NCBI GenBank assembly: GCA_000165345.1
Contig: CM000434.1
Location: forward strand, 736,001-800,000
Direction of reading: 5' to 3'
Length of the DNA stretch: 64,000 nucleotides
In this document: piece by piece, positions 63,324-64,000 of the stretch
How positions within the stretch are numbered: position 1 is the stretch's first letter
How the letters are laid out: the number at the start of each line of letters is the position of its first letter
Position numbers and translations under genes: made by a program
The notes under the pieces: model-generated
What the model was told of the DNA's origin: nothing
Databases searched by the model: none
Seen by the model: the letters and a program-made list of their open reading frames with translations, nothing else

Positions 63324-64000
63324 CTAATCTAAGAACTTAATATGTAGTGTGAACTGCTCCAGGAGTGATTCGAAGAGATTGATTTGGAAATGAAGAAGTG
63401 GATCATACTGGAGATATTCTTGTTTAAGTTGAACCAGTAAAGTGAGATTAGTATGAAAAGTTTTTAAGCAATTCTTGAAATTGTTACTGGATTCATAAAT
63501 TTCGTCTATTGGAGACGAAATAGTATTATCCACTTCAAGAGAGAGTATCTGTTTCAAGCCATTTTCGTGATCATTCTCATAAATAAGCAGATTGTTTAGG
63601 ATGGTATGATTGATTTTACAAAGGAAGAAGGATGATTCAAAAAGGAGATCAAGACAAAGATATAAGCTCTGGGTAAGTTTTTGTTCTTGAGAGGGTGAGG
63701 AAGAGGAAGAGGAGGAGGAAGAGATAAAGAGGTTGGATTCTATGTAAGAAATATAGGTATCGTGTATATCTCTGATTTTGTGAATATTAGAGGCTTTTGG
63801 GAGAAGATTCTCAAATGATGACCAGAGATAGCTGATAGAACTGAATGAAAGAAGGTTTTGGATGGTATTTAAGGTGATAATAAGACTTCTAATGAGACAA
63901 CTGGATTGCCTGAGGAGTGGGGTATTATCAATGGAATCAGAGGGAACGCAAAGTTCACTTTGACGAAGATATTTAATGAGTTTGATCCATGTAGAATTGA
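63324..64000 (-). CDS. 3' part of a minus-strand gene continuing past the window end; hypothetical
   Basis: The listed 77-aa ORF (63324..63557) begins with a TTG. The same frame stays open upstream through at least ~63700 (…SSSPSQEQKLTQSLYLCLDLLFESSFFLCKINHTILNNLLIYENDHENG-LKQILSLEVD…*). The stop is at 63324. Confidence 0.35.
   Translation of the reverse strand, partial: NSTWIKLIKYLRQSELCVPSDSIDNTPLLRQSSCLIRSLIITLNTIQNLLSFSSISYLWSSFENLLPKASNIHKIRDIHDTYISYIESNLFISSSSSSSSSPSQEQKLTQSLYLCLDLLFESSFFLCKINHTILNNLLIYENDHENGLKQILSLEVDNTISSPIDEIYESSNNFKNCLKTFHTNLTLLVQLKQEYLQYDPLLHFQINLFESLLEQFTLHIKFLD

Noticed and set aside
1-64000. Prokaryotic systems (CRISPR arrays, operons, mobile elements, defence islands)
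   Set aside because: The sequence is eukaryotic. It has spliceosomal introns with GTAAGT donors, nuclear genes (Pol III RPC1, eRF1, Rab1, RPL4/RPL32/RPS15, Rpn11), no Shine-Dalgarno organisation, no direct-repeat/spacer arrays, and no transposase or integrase ORFs.

Overview
This window is gene-dense, AT-rich (~70% AT) eukaryotic DNA. Nothing in it looks prokaryotic. Genes are tightly packed on both strands, mostly as single long ORFs with a few short GTAAGT…YAG introns, and stop codons are standard. Nearly every intergenic region carries palindromic E2F-like GGCGCC/GGCGGG boxes, and several also carry GCATGC clusters. That combination points to an apicomplexan, most likely a Cryptosporidium-type genome; this is an inference from the sequence, not a database hit.

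I recognise about 28 protein-coding genes:
- Chromosome and nucleus: INCENP-like protein (IN-box only); RNA polymerase III largest subunit carrying a large insertion.
- Translation and ribosome biogenesis: RPS15, RPL32 and a four-exon RPL4; eRF1; NOP2 methyltransferase; Ytm1/WDR12; a DEAD(DEVD)-box helicase.
- Secretory pathway and membranes: Sel1-repeat Hrd3/SEL1L-like protein; GPI-transamidase PIG-T; a GT34-like glycosyltransferase; a PUB-domain protein.
- Degradation and splicing: proteasome lid Rpn11; Cwc24/RNF113.
- Signalling and trafficking: Rab1; a giant Stt4-type PI4-kinase; a CAMK-like kinase.
- Storage polymers: glucan branching enzyme with a long N-terminal extension; SPX–VTC4 polyphosphate polymerase.
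- Several hypothetical proteins, including a novel 78-aa secretory/TM protein.

The ORF track accepts TTG/GTG as start codons, so several listed starts are artefacts; I corrected them where I could.

The most interesting observations are regulatory and structural rather than a new gene system:
- A recurring oriented promoter cassette, GGTACC … ACCGGTATATAA … CATGTT(T)TGGCGCC, plus the widespread directional ATGTTTTGGCGSC element.
- GCATGC clusters and a perfect palindrome that also sit in convergent 3′–3′ junctions, not only in promoters.
- Several exons and small genes the ORF track cannot show: a micro-exon PUB gene, a three-exon zinc-finger/coiled-coil gene that merges two listed ORFs, 3′ exons after the GT34-like gene, a 5′ exon on the coiled-coil gene, and the two-exon small TM gene.
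- Lineage-specific insertions in Pol III RPC1, the branching enzyme and VTC4.

Hand-derived exon coordinates may be off by ±1–2 nt.
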